In this document: piece by piece, positions 12,056-24,544 of the stretch
Layout of the letters: each line of letters starts with the position of its first letter
Numbering within the stretch: the stretch's first letter is position 1
NCBI GenBank assembly: GCA_938075585.1
Contig: CALJHG010000006.1
Location: 1 to 60,256 of the forward strand
Direction: 5' to 3'
Origin: an uncultured Gammaproteobacteria bacterium
GTDB taxonomy: Bacteria; Pseudomonadota; Gammaproteobacteria; Ga0077536
DNA: 60,256 nucleotides
Position numbers and translations under genes: made by a program
Notes under the pieces: model-generated
The model's database searches: none
What the model saw: only the letters and a program-made list of their open reading frames with translations
Told to the model about the DNA's origin: nothing

Positions 12056-13586
12056 GACTTTCAGAAAAAGAGTCTAGCGCCGCCTTCAAGTTGGCCTTGA
12101 TAGAGTCATCAAACACACCCGATTCATTGATCTGTTGCATCAATCCTCCGTGTCCTTCATTCATGTAGTCAACTAACGCCCCTTCGTATTCGCCAATTTT
12201 CTCCAAAGGCACCTCGTCGATATAACTATTCTCGACCGCGAATAAGCTGACAGCCATTTCTGCTACTGATAGAGGGGAGTATTGCTTTTGCTTCATCAAC
12301 TCCATTACCCTTTGTCCTCTTTCAAGTTGCTTCCTAGTCGCCTCATCAAGATCCGACGCAAATTGAGAGAATGCCGCTAACTCACGATATTGCGCAAGCG
12401 CTAATCTAACGCCCCCGCCCAACTTTTTAATAATTGATGTCTGGGCAGCACCACCAACTCGTGATACAGACAAACCAGCGTTTATAGCAGGTCTAAATCC
12501 CGAGTTAAATAAATCGGTCTCAAGATAGATTTGACCATCAGTGATGGAAATCACATTCGTAGGAACAAAGGCGGAAACGTCACCTGCCTGTGTCTCGATT
12601 ATGGGAAGCGCAGTTAGTGACCCTGTTTTCCCCTTCACTTCACCATTAGTGATTTTTTCCACGTGCTCAGCACTGACACGAGAAGCGCGTTCCAAAAGTC
12701 TTGAGTGCAAATAGAAAACATCACCAGGGTAAGCCTCTCTACCTGGGGGGCGCCTGAGTAAAAGCGACACCTGTCTATACGCCCACGCCTGTTTTGTAAG
12801 ATCGTCATAAATAATGAGAGCGTCTTCGCCTCTATCTCGAAAATACTCGCCCATAGCACAGCCAGCATATGGAGCAATATACTGCATGGCCGCAGAATCC
12901 GACGCTGTCGCAGCGACTATGATTGTATGTTCTAGCGCACCGTGTTCCTCAAGCTTACGTATTACTGCACTGATCGAGGATGCTTTCTGTCCGATAGCAA
13001 CATACACACATTTTATCCCCGTGCCTTTCTGATTGATGATCGCATCTACCGCAACTGCTGTCTTACCTGTTTGGCGATCACCAATAATTAGCTCTCTTTG
13101 TCCCCGACCTACAGGAACCATCGCATCGATAGACTTCAACCCGGTCTGCACTGGCTCGTCAACCGACTGACGTTCGATTACTCCCGGGGCGATTTTTTCT
13201 ATCGGCTCTGTTCGTTCGGTGACAATTTCGCCTTTACCATCTATGGGGGCGCCCAGTGAATCAACAACTCTTCCTAGCAAGGGTTCACCGACGGGTACTT
13301 CCAAAATACGCCCCGTACACCGGCAAGTATCGCCCTCCGACAGGTGCTCATAAGAGCCGAGCACTACCGCGCCCACTGAGTCTTGCTCCAGGTTCAACGC
13401 TAGACCAAACACTCCTCCGGGAAATTCTATCATTTCACCTTGCATGACATCACTAAGCCCGTGTATTCGTGCTATTCCGTCAGACAAGCTGACAATAGTA
13501 CCTTCCGTACGGGCCTCAGTGTTAAGTTCAAGACCTTCAATTCTTTTTTTGATCAGTTCGCTGATCTCTGTTGCGCTGACACTCAT
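12045..13586 (-). CDS. atpA: ATP synthase F1 alpha subunit
   Basis: [31 protein letters not shown]. Confidence 0.99.
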   Translation of the reverse strand: MSVSATEISELIKKRIEGLELNTEARTEGTIVSLSDGIARIHGLSDVMQGEMIEFPGGVFGLALNLEQDSVGAVVLGSYEHLSEGDTCRCTGRILEVPVGEPLLGRVVDSLGAPIDGKGEIVTERTEPIEKIAPGVIERQSVDEPVQTGLKSIDAMVPVGRGQRELIIGDRQTGKTAVAVDAIINQKGTGIKCVYVAIGQKASSISAVIRKLEEHGALEHTIIVAATASDSAAMQYIAPYAGCAMGEYFRDRGEDALIIYDDLTKQAWAYRQVSLLLRRPPGREAYPGDVFYLHSRLLERASRVSAEHVEKITNGEVKGKTGSLTALPIIETQAGDVSAFVPTNVISITDGQIYLETDLFNSGFRPAINAGLSVSRVGGAAQTSIIKKLGGGVRLALAQYRELAAFSQFASDLDEATRKQLERGQRVMELMKQKQYSPLSVAEMAVSLFAVENSYIDEVPLEKIGEYEGALVDYMNEGHGGLMQQINESGVFDDSIKANLKAALDSFSESHSW

Positions 13587-13642
13587 TGCAGTCCTCTGGG
13601 GCTATTATTTAAGTTGATTAAAGTTTTCATTCACTAATTTAA

Positions 13643-14176
13643 CTAAATTATTTTTTGCTTCATGTGGACTAAACGCCCACGAAGAGACAAATCTATGACA
13701 GAGTCACCTATCTTTATGACAGCTCCTCCAATTAACCCAAGATCCACTTGAGTTTCCAAATTGCAGCTTTTATTGTAGCGAGCTCCAATCGAAGTTTTCA
13801 GTTTCTCTCGCTCGGAAACACTAAGTTCATAAGCGGAGGTAATCGTCGCAGTGACTACGCCTTCAGACTCGGCATTAAGCGCACTAAATAGTTGCAGAAT
13901 TTGCGGTACGACTCCTAACCTCTTAGCTTCAACCAGCAAACTTAAAAAATTTATTTGTTGTTTCGAAAGGTCTTTGCCTAGCACCTCAACAAGAATCGAG
14001 AGCAAAGTATCGTCAGCGACCTTCGGATTACCAACTAAATTACTCAAACTAGGCTCTTTAAGCGCATCACACAAGCATGAAAGCATATGCATCCAATCGC
14101 CAGAATGTTTTTCTGGATGAGAATAGTTAAAGGCCGCTTCGGCATAGGGTCTAGCGACTGTTAAACTTTCTTGCAC
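13643..14176 (-). CDS. atpH: ATP synthase F1 delta subunit
   Basis: TVARPYAEAAF, LIGGAVIKIGDSVID. Confidence 0.96.
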   Translation of the reverse strand: MQESLTVARPYAEAAFNYSHPEKHSGDWMHMLSCLCDALKEPSLSNLVGNPKVADDTLLSILVEVLGKDLSKQQINFLSLLVEAKRLGVVPQILQLFSALNAESEGVVTATITSAYELSVSEREKLKTSIGARYNKSCNLETQVDLGLIGGAVIKIGDSVIDLSLRGRLVHMKQKII

Positions 14177-14188
14177 GCTTAAATCTCC

Positions 14189-14659
14189 CTAGAGACTCGA
14201 GGACAGTTTGTCGAGCACATCTCGGTGAGATTGCTCATCAACTTCTCGCATTAATATTTGTTCCGCCCCTTGCAAGGCAAGCCCGCCAACTTGTTTCCTC
14301 AACATTTCCAGCATTTGATTGCGCTCTTGCTCGGCTTCTACAGCAGCGGACGCCAAAATTTTAGCTTTTTCTTCCATAGCCTCCATCTTAGCCTTTTCCA
14401 AGATTTCGTCTCTTCTCTTCTGTCCCTGCAATACAAAGTCCTGTGCTTTATTTTTCCCCTCCGATAAAATATCAGCTACGTGCTTTTCTGCATTGGCTAA
14501 CTCGTGCCTACCCTTTTCAGCTGACGCGAGTCCGTCCGCTATTTCAGCCTCACGTGCTTCCAAGGCCGCGATAATCGGAGGCCAAACATATTTCATGCAA
14601 AACCAAACAAATATCGCAAAAGATATTGCTTGGCCCAGTAGCGTTAAGTTCATATTCAT
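14189..14659 (-). CDS. atpF: ATP synthase F0 b subunit
   Basis: [27 protein letters not shown]. Confidence 0.97.
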   Translation of the reverse strand: MNMNLTLLGQAISFAIFVWFCMKYVWPPIIAALEAREAEIADGLASAEKGRHELANAEKHVADILSEGKNKAQDFVLQGQKRRDEILEKAKMEAMEEKAKILASAAVEAEQERNQMLEMLRKQVGGLALQGAEQILMREVDEQSHRDVLDKLSSSL

Positions 14660-14689
14660 CGCTAATATTCCAACTGTTCTTTAGTTAAT

Positions 14690-14947
<258 letters not shown>

Positions 14948-14978
14948 TTAATCTCCTATAAGTAATTCACACTCAAGC

Positions 14979-15800
<822 letters not shown>

Positions 15801-15861
15801 TCAAAAGTTCCTACTAGTACAATTCAACGATTAATTCCCAAATAACTTGTTCACTCAAATG

Positions 15862-16254
15862 TCAGCCCTGCTCGGACAAATCCAATAATCTCAGACCAAA
15901 CCAGTTCGTCATTGTGACTACAAAATATGACGAAATCATTATCACAAACTGAACGTCTAAATAATTTATCGCTAAGCCGAACAATGCGAGCGTATATAAA
16001 ATTTTTACAAACGCGCCCATATAAATTCTTTGCAAACTTGCAACCGGCTTCTCTGGATAACTAACAGACATCCTCGAAGCCAAATAGTAGCTAGGCAATA
16101 CCGCGATAACACCACCGATGCACGCTGATTTTCCCACCGCAACCGACCCAAGCCAAATTCCCACCAAACTAAGCAGAACTGTCAAAACGCCTTGCAGAAA
16201 AACGATACGGAACATTTTTCTGCGCCAACTGTAGCCTGCTGGATTTTCTAGCAC
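15862..16254 (-). CDS. atpI: ATP synthase protein I (start uncertain: GTG 16254, ATG 16215 or TTG 16356)
   Basis: Four hydrophobic segments; first gene of the atp operon after parB. Confidence 0.8.
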   Translation of the reverse strand: MLENPAGYSWRRKMFRIVFLQGVLTVLLSLVGIWLGSVAVGKSACIGGVIAVLPSYYLASRMSVSYPEKPVASLQRIYMGAFVKILYTLALFGLAINYLDVQFVIMISSYFVVTMTNWFGLRLLDLSEQG

Positions 16255-16370
16255 GGTAAATTTAAACTCTTCGGTCGCTATGAAACCTAATCGGCGAAAG
16301 TATAACGGATTTTCGTGTCTCGTGGCAAGGGACTGCTTTAGCGGGCTACCGTTCAAAGACAGCCAGACAG

Positions 16371-17243
16371 TTAGCGTTTTATGTGTTCCAGTATTCCCTC
16401 AAGTTCGTCCAAAGAATTATAACTTATAACTACCTTACCTGCTCCTGAGTTTCTGTGCCGAATTTGAACTTGAGCCGCGATACGTTCACTAATCGAACTT
16501 TCTAGGCCGGCTATATTTGGATCGCGAGGACTCCCCTCTTTAGGATTTTCTTCGGATTTGGCGCGACTTTTTTTGATCAACCCCTCAACCGCGCGAACAC
16601 TCAACTTTTCTTCAGCAGCACGCGCGGCTATCTTCCCCTGCGATGGACCGGAAACCCCTAGTAAGGCTCGCGCATGGCCCATTTCCAATAATCCATCCTC
16701 AAGTAATTGTCTCGATCGTTCCTCTAAATCAAGCAATCTGATTAGATTACTCACAGTCGCACGGGACTTACCGATGGAAGTCGCAACCTGTGCGTGTGTC
16801 ATACTAAATTCATTAACTAATCGCGCTAAGGCGAGCGCTTCTTCAATTGGGTTTAGCTGCTCACGTTGAATATTTTCAATAAGAGCCACGCTGTGAGCGT
16901 CGCTGTCGTCTATCTCTTTAATAATAGCTGGTAATTCTGGCAATCCAGCCAGCTGACTCGCTCTCCAGCGCCTCTCTCCAGCTATCAATTCATAGCCGCT
17001 GCTATCTTCTAACTTTCGGACAACCACCGGTTGTAGGACACCATGTTCTTTAATTGACTCAGCTAATTCACTTAACGCATTTTCCTCGATCTTTATTCTA
17101 GGCTGATATCGCCCGCGCTTGATCAAATCTATATCAAGCATCTTCAGTTCACTGCTGTCGTCTTTCGACAACACGCCTGTATTCGTATCCACACTCAGCA
17201 GAGCATCTAGTCCTCGACCAAGCCCTCTTTTTTTTATACCCAT
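16371..17243 (-). CDS. parB: chromosome partitioning protein ParB
   Basis: KRGLGRGLDAL, YQPR, IAGERRWRA, ENIQREQL, HTH. ATG 17243 has an AGGTGG RBS. Confidence 0.97.
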   Translation of the reverse strand: MGIKKRGLGRGLDALLSVDTNTGVLSKDDSSELKMLDIDLIKRGRYQPRIKIEENALSELAESIKEHGVLQPVVVRKLEDSSGYELIAGERRWRASQLAGLPELPAIIKEIDDSDAHSVALIENIQREQLNPIEEALALARLVNEFSMTHAQVATSIGKSRATVSNLIRLLDLEERSRQLLEDGLLEMGHARALLGVSGPSQGKIAARAAEEKLSVRAVEGLIKKSRAKSEENPKEGSPRDPNIAGLESSISERIAAQVQIRHRNSGAGKVVISYNSLDELEGILEHIKR

Positions 17244-17278
17244 AAATTTAACCACCTATAACAGTACTGTTGTACGAA

Positions 17279-18052
17279 TTATGCTTTATTTTTGCTCCGT
17301 AACATTTCACCCGCCAGCGATAGGTATGCTAATGAACCCGCGGATGAGCTATCATATACGAGCACTGGAATACCATGACTAGGAGCCTCAGCTAGGCGAA
17401 CATTTCTAGGAATAATCGTTCGATATACCTTTTCGCCAAAATGAGCGATCAGTTGTCCAGACACTTCTCTGGCAAGATTGTTTCGGGAGTCAAACATGGT
17501 CCTTAAAACACCATCTATCTCTAGCTCGGGGTTCAATAATCGCTTAATTTTTTTCATCGTCTCCAGTAGAGCCGACAAGCCTTCCAAAGCATAATATTCG
17601 CATTGGGTTGGAATCATTAACCCATCAGCTGCTACAAGTGCATTTACTGTGAGCATATTCAGCGAGGGAGGACAATCAATAAAGACATACTCGTAATCTT
17701 CTAAGATCGGTTTAAATGCGCACTTTAAACGAGTTTCGCGATGAGCTTGCTCTAACAGGCCGATTTCCGCTCCGGTTAGATCGCTATTTCCGGCTATCAA
17801 ATCATAACCGCCCGCCACATCCCTTAAAATAGCATCGCGAATATTTGATGATTCATCCATCAACACGTCAAAAGCTGAAAATGATAAGGCGTTCTTATCG
17901 ATACCACTTCCAACGGTCGCGTTTCCTTGAGGGTCGAGGTCTACCAGTAGCGTCTTTCGACGAGTAGCGTGCATGGAAGCTGCTATATTAACGCTAGTAG
18001 TGGTCTTTCCCACGCCTCCTTTTTGATTTGCTATGGCAACAATTCGCGACAC
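17279..18052 (-). CDS. parA: ParA/Soj ATPase
   Basis: NQKGGVGKTTT, DLDPQGNA, DCPPSL, QCEYYALEG, NVRLAEAPS. Confidence 0.97.
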   Translation of the reverse strand: MSRIVAIANQKGGVGKTTTSVNIAASMHATRRKTLLVDLDPQGNATVGSGIDKNALSFSAFDVLMDESSNIRDAILRDVAGGYDLIAGNSDLTGAEIGLLEQAHRETRLKCAFKPILEDYEYVFIDCPPSLNMLTVNALVAADGLMIPTQCEYYALEGLSALLETMKKIKRLLNPELEIDGVLRTMFDSRNNLAREVSGQLIAHFGEKVYRTIIPRNVRLAEAPSHGIPVLVYDSSSAGSLAYLSLAGEMLRSKNKA

Positions 18053-18125
18053 TTTTATCTACTCGCATGACTTCGATTATGCAAGAGATTATGGCATAAA
18101 TACATCACAGTCGTACTATGTTTCA

Positions 18126-18767
18126 TTAAGTCTTTTTCATAAACACAAGAGTGCGACTATCATACGACGGCACCGACACTTCCACACACCGTGCTGGCCC
18201 CAGTAAAGCCTCAGCCTCCGATAATTCACTCAATTTAATCCGTGATTTCATCGCAACCACCTCCGTTTGTGAACCGACCAGATGTATACTTTTTTCTACA
18301 AATTTATTAAGAGGCCCAAATGCCCTCGAAATAACGTATCGAAACGATCGGCTCGGGTTATATTGCTCCACCGGCTGAGAATTGATATCAATCATACGCA
18401 AACCTAATTGCATCTTAATATGCTGTAGAAATCTTGAACGCTTACCACGAGGCTCCACTAGAGCGATATATCTTTCGGGATCAGCTATTGCCAATACTAT
18501 GCCGGGTAAACCCGCACCACTCCCGATATCGACAAGAGGTCCTTGGCTCAGAAAAGGAACTACCGCAAGACAATCAATAACGTGACCGGTAATGTAGCTT
18601 TCAACAGAATTAGCACCGGTTAAATTAGCTATTTTGTTCCACTCAATAGCTAATTGAGAATATTTAACAAGCGATTCGGCCTGCCTTTCATTTAGGTCAA
18701 CATTAACGCGTTCACCGAGCCTTAAAACTAATCCCAGGTTATCTTGAGAATACTTAATATGATTCAA
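18126..18767 (-). CDS. rsmG: 16S rRNA m7G527 methyltransferase (GidB)
   Basis: [23 protein letters not shown]; ATGA overlap with mnmG. Confidence 0.93.
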   Translation of the reverse strand: MNHIKYSQDNLGLVLRLGERVNVDLNERQAESLVKYSQLAIEWNKIANLTGANSVESYITGHVIDCLAVVPFLSQGPLVDIGSGAGLPGIVLAIADPERYIALVEPRGKRSRFLQHIKMQLGLRMIDINSQPVEQYNPSRSFRYVISRAFGPLNKFVEKSIHLVGSQTEVVAMKSRIKLSELSEAEALLGPARCVEVSVPSYDSRTLVFMKKT

Positions 18768-20656
18768 GCCGACCGCGCTACCGTGATGCCAGCCCTTTTT
18801 AAAAAAACCGCCAACAGAGAAATAGCAACTGGTGTCACGCCTGAAATCCGTGACGCCTGGCCTAACGTACTGGGGCGAATCTCTGTCAGCTTTTGTACGA
18901 CCTCATTCGAGAGGCCACGTACCTCCGCGTAGGAAAAATCTGAGGGCATCGCAATATTTTCTAATGACTTAAGGCGCTCAATTTCTCCTAACTGCCTATT
19001 AATGTAGCCACTATAAAGAGCCACGTTTTCAATTTGCTCGATAACCCTTTCATCATCTATAGCTGGCCCAGTGTCAGGCAAAGCCATAAGCAATTTATAA
19101 TCAATATTTGGTCTTTTTAACAAGTCAGACAGCCGCTGCTTCTTTCGAAGCGGTTGGCCCATCAAAAGCTTAAATTTTTCGCCTTTATCATCATCCGGAG
19201 AAATCCAGATATCCTCTAAACGGTGCTGCTCCCTTGCAATTAATTCTTGTTTTTTCTGGAAATCAGCCCATTGTACATCACCTACTAGCCCAAGCTCCCG
19301 ACCAACTGGAGTCAATCGAATATCCGCATTATCTTCCCTCAGCAAAAGGCGATGCTCCGCTCGGCTAGTGAACATTCTATAAGGTTCGTCAGTACCCCGC
19401 GTCACTAGGTCGTCTACTAAGACCCCCAAATATCCTTCGTCTCTCTTGGGATACCACTCTGCCTTATTTTGTACGCGCAGAGCGGCATTGACGCCCGCTA
19501 ACAACCCTTGCGCCGCAGCCTCCTCATAACCGGTTGTACCATTAATTTGACCCGCAAAAAATAGGCTATCTATATCGCGAGTCTCTAGCCAAGGATTAAG
19601 ACCTTTTGGATCGAAATAATCGTATTCAATCGCATAACCCGGCCTAGTTATGACCGCTTTTTGAAAACCACTGATCGACTGAACTAATTCAACTTGAACA
19701 TCGTAAGGTAAGCTAGTAGAAATTCCGTTAGGGTATATTTCCCTGACATTAAGCCCCTCTGGCTCCACAAAAATTTGGTGCTTGGCTCTATCCTCAAATC
19801 GAACAACCTTGTCTTCAATTGAGGGGCAATATCTCGGCCCTGTACTTTCTATATTGCCATTAAACATCGGCGATCTAGTTAAACTATTTCTAATTATCTC
19901 GTGTGTGCGGTCATTCGTGTAGGTAATATGACATTCTGTTTGCGCAGGATGTTCTTTTCTGTCTCCCGAAAATGAGAATATTGGCCTAGGTGAATCGCCC
20001 TGCTGGATCTCCATTAAACTGAAATCAACCGTCCGTCCGTCAATCCTAGGGGGCGTACCGGTTTTTAATCTCCCAACTTTCAAATCAAGTGCTCTCAACC
20101 TCCTAGAAAGAGGGTTCGAGGGTGGATCGCCGGCCCTGCCACCAGAGAAATTAGATTCTCCAACATGAATAATACCACCTAAAAAAGTGCCTACGGTTAG
20201 AACAACTACTCCGGCCCGAAATTGCAAACCCATTTCAGTTGTCACTCCGCACAAAACGCCCTGTTCCAAGATCAAGTCGTCCACAGACTGCTGAAAAATA
20301 GTAAGCTTATTTTGATTCTCCAGAACCCTACGTGTTTCAGCTCGATAGAGCTGACGATCAATCTGAGCCCGCGTTGCTCTCACAGCCGGGCCTTTACTCG
20401 CATTTAACGTCCTAAAATGAATACCACATGCATCTGCTCCTCGCGCCATATACCCGCCTAAAGCATCAATCTCCTTCACTAAATGGCCTTTGCCAATACC
20501 GCCAATCGCAGGATTGCAGGACATCTGTCCAAGCGTTTCAATATTTTGAGTTAGTAACAAAGTCTCCGAACCCATCCTGGCAGCCGCAAGTGCAGCCTCT
20601 GTACCGGCATGCCCACCACCAATCACAATTACATCGAATTCATTTTTTACGCTCAT
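18764..20656 (-). CDS. mnmG: tRNA uridine-5-carboxymethylaminomethyl modification enzyme (GidA)
   Basis: [41 protein letters not shown]. Start placed at ATG 20656 (MSVKNEFDV). Confidence 0.98.
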   Translation of the reverse strand: MSVKNEFDVIVIGGGHAGTEAALAAARMGSETLLLTQNIETLGQMSCNPAIGGIGKGHLVKEIDALGGYMARGADACGIHFRTLNASKGPAVRATRAQIDRQLYRAETRRVLENQNKLTIFQQSVDDLILEQGVLCGVTTEMGLQFRAGVVVLTVGTFLGGIIHVGESNFSGGRAGDPPSNPLSRRLRALDLKVGRLKTGTPPRIDGRTVDFSLMEIQQGDSPRPIFSFSGDRKEHPAQTECHITYTNDRTHEIIRNSLTRSPMFNGNIESTGPRYCPSIEDKVVRFEDRAKHQIFVEPEGLNVREIYPNGISTSLPYDVQVELVQSISGFQKAVITRPGYAIEYDYFDPKGLNPWLETRDIDSLFFAGQINGTTGYEEAAAQGLLAGVNAALRVQNKAEWYPKRDEGYLGVLVDDLVTRGTDEPYRMFTSRAEHRLLLREDNADIRLTPVGRELGLVGDVQWADFQKKQELIAREQHRLEDIWISPDDDKGEKFKLLMGQPLRKKQRLSDLLKRPNIDYKLLMALPDTGPAIDDERVIEQIENVALYSGYINRQLGEIERLKSLENIAMPSDFSYAEVRGLSNEVVQKLTEIRPSTLGQASRISGVTPVAISLLAVFLKRAGITVARSA

Positions 20657-20666
20657 AGCAAAACTA

Positions 20667-20675
20667 TTATACACA
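20667..20675 (+). promoter_or_regulatory. DnaA-box consensus match upstream of mnmG
   Basis: TTATACACA fits TTWTNCACA; one-mismatch boxes TCTGGATAA (20810-20818) and TTTGAATAA (20823-20831) lie nearby. Confidence 0.4.
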
Positions 20676-20887
20676 AAGTGTTGATTACTAAAGCACGATC
20701 TTGAGCGCTGACGAATCAATTTCATGGGTAAATCCTAAATGCTAATTAACAATTTTTAATTGTGTGACCCTTGATCCTAAAAAGGATGTGGCTTTAAAGT
20801 ACGTCTCAATCTGGATAATATTTTTGAATAACTAAAAAAATAGTCTCCAAAGGTATAATATGCTCGCAAACTTAATTTAGAGAGAGG

Positions 20888-21865
20888 ATGACATTGGCTG
20901 AGACACTTGTAGAGGTAATCGGGCTGACAAAATCGTTTGGTTCAATAAAAGCCGTCGACAATATTTCACTTTCTGTAAATAGAGGAGAAGTTTTAGGCTT
21001 TCTAGGGCCGAATGGAGCGGGTAAATCGACCTCTATGAAAATGATTACTGGTTTTTTGACTCCGACCAGCGGAACAATAAAAATATCTGGTAATGATATC
21101 AGCGTCAATCCTATAGAGGCTAAAGCAAGCATCGGATATTTACCCGAGGGTGCTCCTGCTTACGGGGAAATGACACCCTTGAACTTTCTGTCCTTTGTTG
21201 CGGAGGTACGAGGAATTGATAAATCTGCAAGAGCCTCCAAAGTAGACGAAATCATCAATAAGATCCATCTAGAACGTGTAGCACATCAGCCTATAGAAAC
21301 TCTTTCAAAAGGCTTTAAAAGACGAGTAGGAATCGCGCAAGCTATACTACATGACCCTGAAATATTAATATTAGACGAACCAACCGACGGTTTAGACCCT
21401 AATCAAAAACATGAGATCAGAGCTCTCATAAAAGAGATGGCAGCCGACAAAGCGATCCTGATATCCACCCATATCCTCGAGGAAGTGGAGTCCGTTTGCA
21501 CCAAAGCCATAATAATTAGTAATGGGGGAGTTATATTCAGTGGTTCACCAATCGAACTATCTTCTAAGTCTCGCTACCACAATGCAATAACACTTGTGGT
21601 AATCAATAAAGATATTGAAAAGACAACCAAAATACTAAAGGAGCTTGAGGAGGTAATGACCATCGAACATGTCGCTGAGGCAGAACTTACTCGCGTGACT
21701 TTAATCCCACACTCATCCGAAGTAGAGATCAGCTCCTTAGTAAAAGCCAGAATGGCTGACTACGAATGTGAGATACTGCAACTATACATCGAACCAGGAC
21801 GTCTGGACGAAGTATTTCGTTCTTTGACTAACCAGCAGGAGAGCGGTGAGGTAATTCGATCATGA
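20888..21865 (+). CDS. ABC transporter ATP-binding protein (GldA-like)
   Basis: GPNGAGKS Walker A, LSKG signature, ILDEPT, STH. Confidence 0.93.
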   Translation: MTLAETLVEVIGLTKSFGSIKAVDNISLSVNRGEVLGFLGPNGAGKSTSMKMITGFLTPTSGTIKISGNDISVNPIEAKASIGYLPEGAPAYGEMTPLNFLSFVAEVRGIDKSARASKVDEIINKIHLERVAHQPIETLSKGFKRRVGIAQAILHDPEILILDEPTDGLDPNQKHEIRALIKEMAADKAILISTHILEEVESVCTKAIIISNGGVIFSGSPIELSSKSRYHNAITLVVINKDIEKTTKILKELEEVMTIEHVAEAELTRVTLIPHSSEVEISSLVKARMADYECEILQLYIEPGRLDEVFRSLTNQQESGEVIRS

Positions 21866-22596
21866 AAGGTTTTTTCCCAATTTTTAAGCGGGAGTTCAGA
21901 TCTTACTTCGACACTCCCGTCGCCTATGTATTTATCGTGATTTTCTTGGTGTTAAACGGGGTTTTCACATTTTATGTTGGCGGCTTTTATGACCGCGGTC
22001 TGGCTGATTTAAGCCCTTTTTTTGAGTTCCATCCTTGGTTATACATGTTCTTAATACCGGCCATCTCTATGAGACTCTGGTCTGAGGAAAGAAAAGCTGG
22101 AACGATAGAACTTATGTTGACGCTTCCAATCTCTTTAAGCGCTAGTGTTTTTGGCAAATTTTTTGCAGCGTGGTGTTTCACAATAGTAGCCCTATTAGGC
22201 ACCGTCCCTATTTGGCTCACGGTCAACTATCTTGGTCAGCCTGATAATACTGTGATTGCGGCAAGCTACCTAGGCAGTATCTTGATGGCCGGAGGATTTC
22301 TATCAATAGGTTCATGCGTCTCCGCGCTAACAAAAAATCAAGTGATCGCTTTCGTTACCAGTTTTATGATCTGTCTGGTGTTTAACCTAAGTGGTTTTCC
22401 AATGGTTCTAGATGTTTTCGCTTCTTGGGCCCCGCAAAGTATTGTAGATGTAATAGCATCTTTTAGCTTTCTTACCCATTTTGACTCAATTCAAAAAGGG
22501 GTAATTGACCTCCGAGATATAATTTTTTTCGCGAGCTTAATCATCTTCTGGTTGTACCTTAATGTGATCGCGATTGAAGTCAATAAAAGTAATTAA
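21862..22596 (+). CDS. ABC-2 permease (GldF-like)
   Basis: Multiple TM helices, SMRLWSEERKAGTIELMLTLP; ATGA overlap with the ATPase gene. Confidence 0.9.
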   Translation: MKGFFPIFKREFRSYFDTPVAYVFIVIFLVLNGVFTFYVGGFYDRGLADLSPFFEFHPWLYMFLIPAISMRLWSEERKAGTIELMLTLPISLSASVFGKFFAAWCFTIVALLGTVPIWLTVNYLGQPDNTVIAASYLGSILMAGGFLSIGSCVSALTKNQVIAFVTSFMICLVFNLSGFPMVLDVFASWAPQSIVDVIASFSFLTHFDSIQKGVIDLRDIIFFASLIIFWLYLNVIAIEVNKSN

Positions 22597-22644
22597 TAAA
22601 AACCACAGTCAAATAATTAAAAAAACCATTTACGAAAAAATATC

Positions 22645-24537
22645 ATGAATCGAAAATTAGTTTCCGTCACCGGTTTAATATTAGCCACAACTATGTTCCT
22701 CGGAATAAATATCATAAGTAACGAGACACTAACCTCAGCGCGACTCGATCTGACAGAAAACCGACTCTATACTCTGGCGCCTGGGACTTACAATATACTC
22801 TCGGATATCAGTGAACCACTTTCAATTCGATTATATTTCTCATCTGAACAATTGGCTGGGCTCCCTCAATTGGCTAATTATGGGAAACGGGTCAAGGATC
22901 TACTCAATGAATATGTCGCTAATAGTAATGGCAAAATAAAACTTTACGTGATCGATCCCGCGCCGTTCTCCGAAGCTGAAGATGAAGCGGTAGGCGCGGG
23001 AATAAGACAGCTGAGTCTCGGGAGCAACGGCGAGGTAGGATATCTGGGACTAGTAGCAACTAATACAACAGACGATCGGGAAGTGATTGAAGTACTTAGC
23101 CCAGATCAAGAAAACGCGCTTGAATATGATTTAACGAAAATAATCTACAAGCTAAACGATCCTAAGAAACGAATTATCGGACTGATTACTGATCTACCGA
23201 TACTTTCGGAAACCGACCCACAAACTGGCCAAGTCATAAAACCAGGCCTTACAGCGATTACGTTCTTGAAAGAATTTCATGAAATAAAACGACTCCCTAT
23301 AGATAGCTCCTTAATAGATGATGAGATAGATACGCTAATATTAGTTCATCCGAAAGATTTATCTATCAAAACTCAATATGCAATAGACCAATTTTTAGTG
23401 AAAGGAGGCAAAGCATTAGTTTTCGTAGACCCTCTAGCCGAGCAGGATCCTACCCAACCCAACCCTGAGACTCCCGGAGTGATGCCGCAGCTGGGCTCCA
23501 GACTTGATACTATTTTTGAGGCGGTGGGAATCAAACTAAATGGTAGCCATGTCATTGGAGATCCGTCATCAGCTGTCCGCGTAAATTTTAATACGGCTCG
23601 AGGTCAGAGAGAAGTGGACTACCTACCGTGGATCCAGCTACAAGGAAAGTCTTTAAACAAGGAGGACTTCACAACAAACCAGCTTAATACAGTAAATGTA
23701 GGTACTGCAGGTAGCCTAGAGATCGACCCCAAACCGAATTTAACATATACGCCACTTTTAACCGCTAGTACCTCGTCTGGATTGATCGATAAAGACTCTA
23801 TTATAACTGCAGATGACCCATCGTCTCTCATTGACGATTTTAATAGCGATGAAAAAAATCATTTAATTGCGGTCCGAGTTACTGGTAACTACACTTCTAA
23901 TTTCTCCGCTCCCCCTTCAAGTGAACTAGAAGTCGAAGAAAGCAAATATGATTTAGATAAAAGTCATTTATTGACATCCGAATATCCGACAAACCTTATT
24001 CTGGTGTCAGATACAGATATTCTAGCGGACCGGTTTTGGGTCCGATTCTCAGGGTTTGCGGGAATGAGAATACCTGAGGCCTTCGCAAATAACGCAGACT
24101 TTCTAGTAAATGCGGTGGATAACTTAGGTGGCAATGACGACCTAATAAGTCTAAGAAGTAGAGGGCAGTATACCCGCCCCTTCGAGGTCGTACTTGACAT
24201 ACAAAGAAAAGCGGAAGAACAGTTTAGAGACAAAGAGCAAGCTCTCCAAGAAAAGCTTAAACTGGCTGAGGAAAACCTTTCTAGAATTCAAGGACAACAA
24301 ATAGAAGGAGAGTTGATACTTAGTGCAGAACAGCAAATTGAAGTAGAAAAATTTAGATCCGAACAAGTAAGCACTAGAAAAGAATTGAGAGCTGTGCAGC
24401 ACGAGCTACAAGATAATATCGATCGACTAGGTAGCATGCTCACATTTGCTAACACTGCTTTAGTACCCTTATTAATATTTTTATCCTTGATGGTAGCTAA
24501 TGGGCTAAAACGATTCCGACCAAATAATAAAACGTAA
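22645..24537 (+). CDS. GldG-like ABC auxiliary component
   Basis: N-terminal TM, RLDLTENRLYTL, YAIDQFL, NADFLVNAVDNL, coiled coil, C-terminal TM. Confidence 0.85.
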   Translation: MNRKLVSVTGLILATTMFLGINIISNETLTSARLDLTENRLYTLAPGTYNILSDISEPLSIRLYFSSEQLAGLPQLANYGKRVKDLLNEYVANSNGKIKLYVIDPAPFSEAEDEAVGAGIRQLSLGSNGEVGYLGLVATNTTDDREVIEVLSPDQENALEYDLTKIIYKLNDPKKRIIGLITDLPILSETDPQTGQVIKPGLTAITFLKEFHEIKRLPIDSSLIDDEIDTLILVHPKDLSIKTQYAIDQFLVKGGKALVFVDPLAEQDPTQPNPETPGVMPQLGSRLDTIFEAVGIKLNGSHVIGDPSSAVRVNFNTARGQREVDYLPWIQLQGKSLNKEDFTTNQLNTVNVGTAGSLEIDPKPNLTYTPLLTASTSSGLIDKDSIITADDPSSLIDDFNSDEKNHLIAVRVTGNYTSNFSAPPSSELEVEESKYDLDKSHLLTSEYPTNLILVSDTDILADRFWVRFSGFAGMRIPEAFANNADFLVNAVDNLGGNDDLISLRSRGQYTRPFEVVLDIQRKAEEQFRDKEQALQEKLKLAEENLSRIQGQQIEGELILSAEQQIEVEKFRSEQVSTRKELRAVQHELQDNIDRLGSMLTFANTALVPLLIFLSLMVANGLKRFRPNNKT

Positions 24538-24544
24538 AAGCAAA

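Noticed and set aside
20657-20887. oriC next to mnmG (gidA), as in E. coli
   Set aside because: Only one perfect DnaA box and two one-mismatch boxes, no 13-mer repeats, few GATC sites, and no apparent change in strand bias across the site.
16371-20887. parS palindrome near parAB
   Set aside because: No TGTTNCACGTGAAACA-like 16-mer was found by eye; a motif scan is needed to exclude one.
22590-22628. Imperfect direct repeat TAATTAA(T)AAAAACCA between the GldF-like and GldG-like genes
   Set aside because: Low-complexity AT-rich sequence with two copies only; likely chance or slippage.
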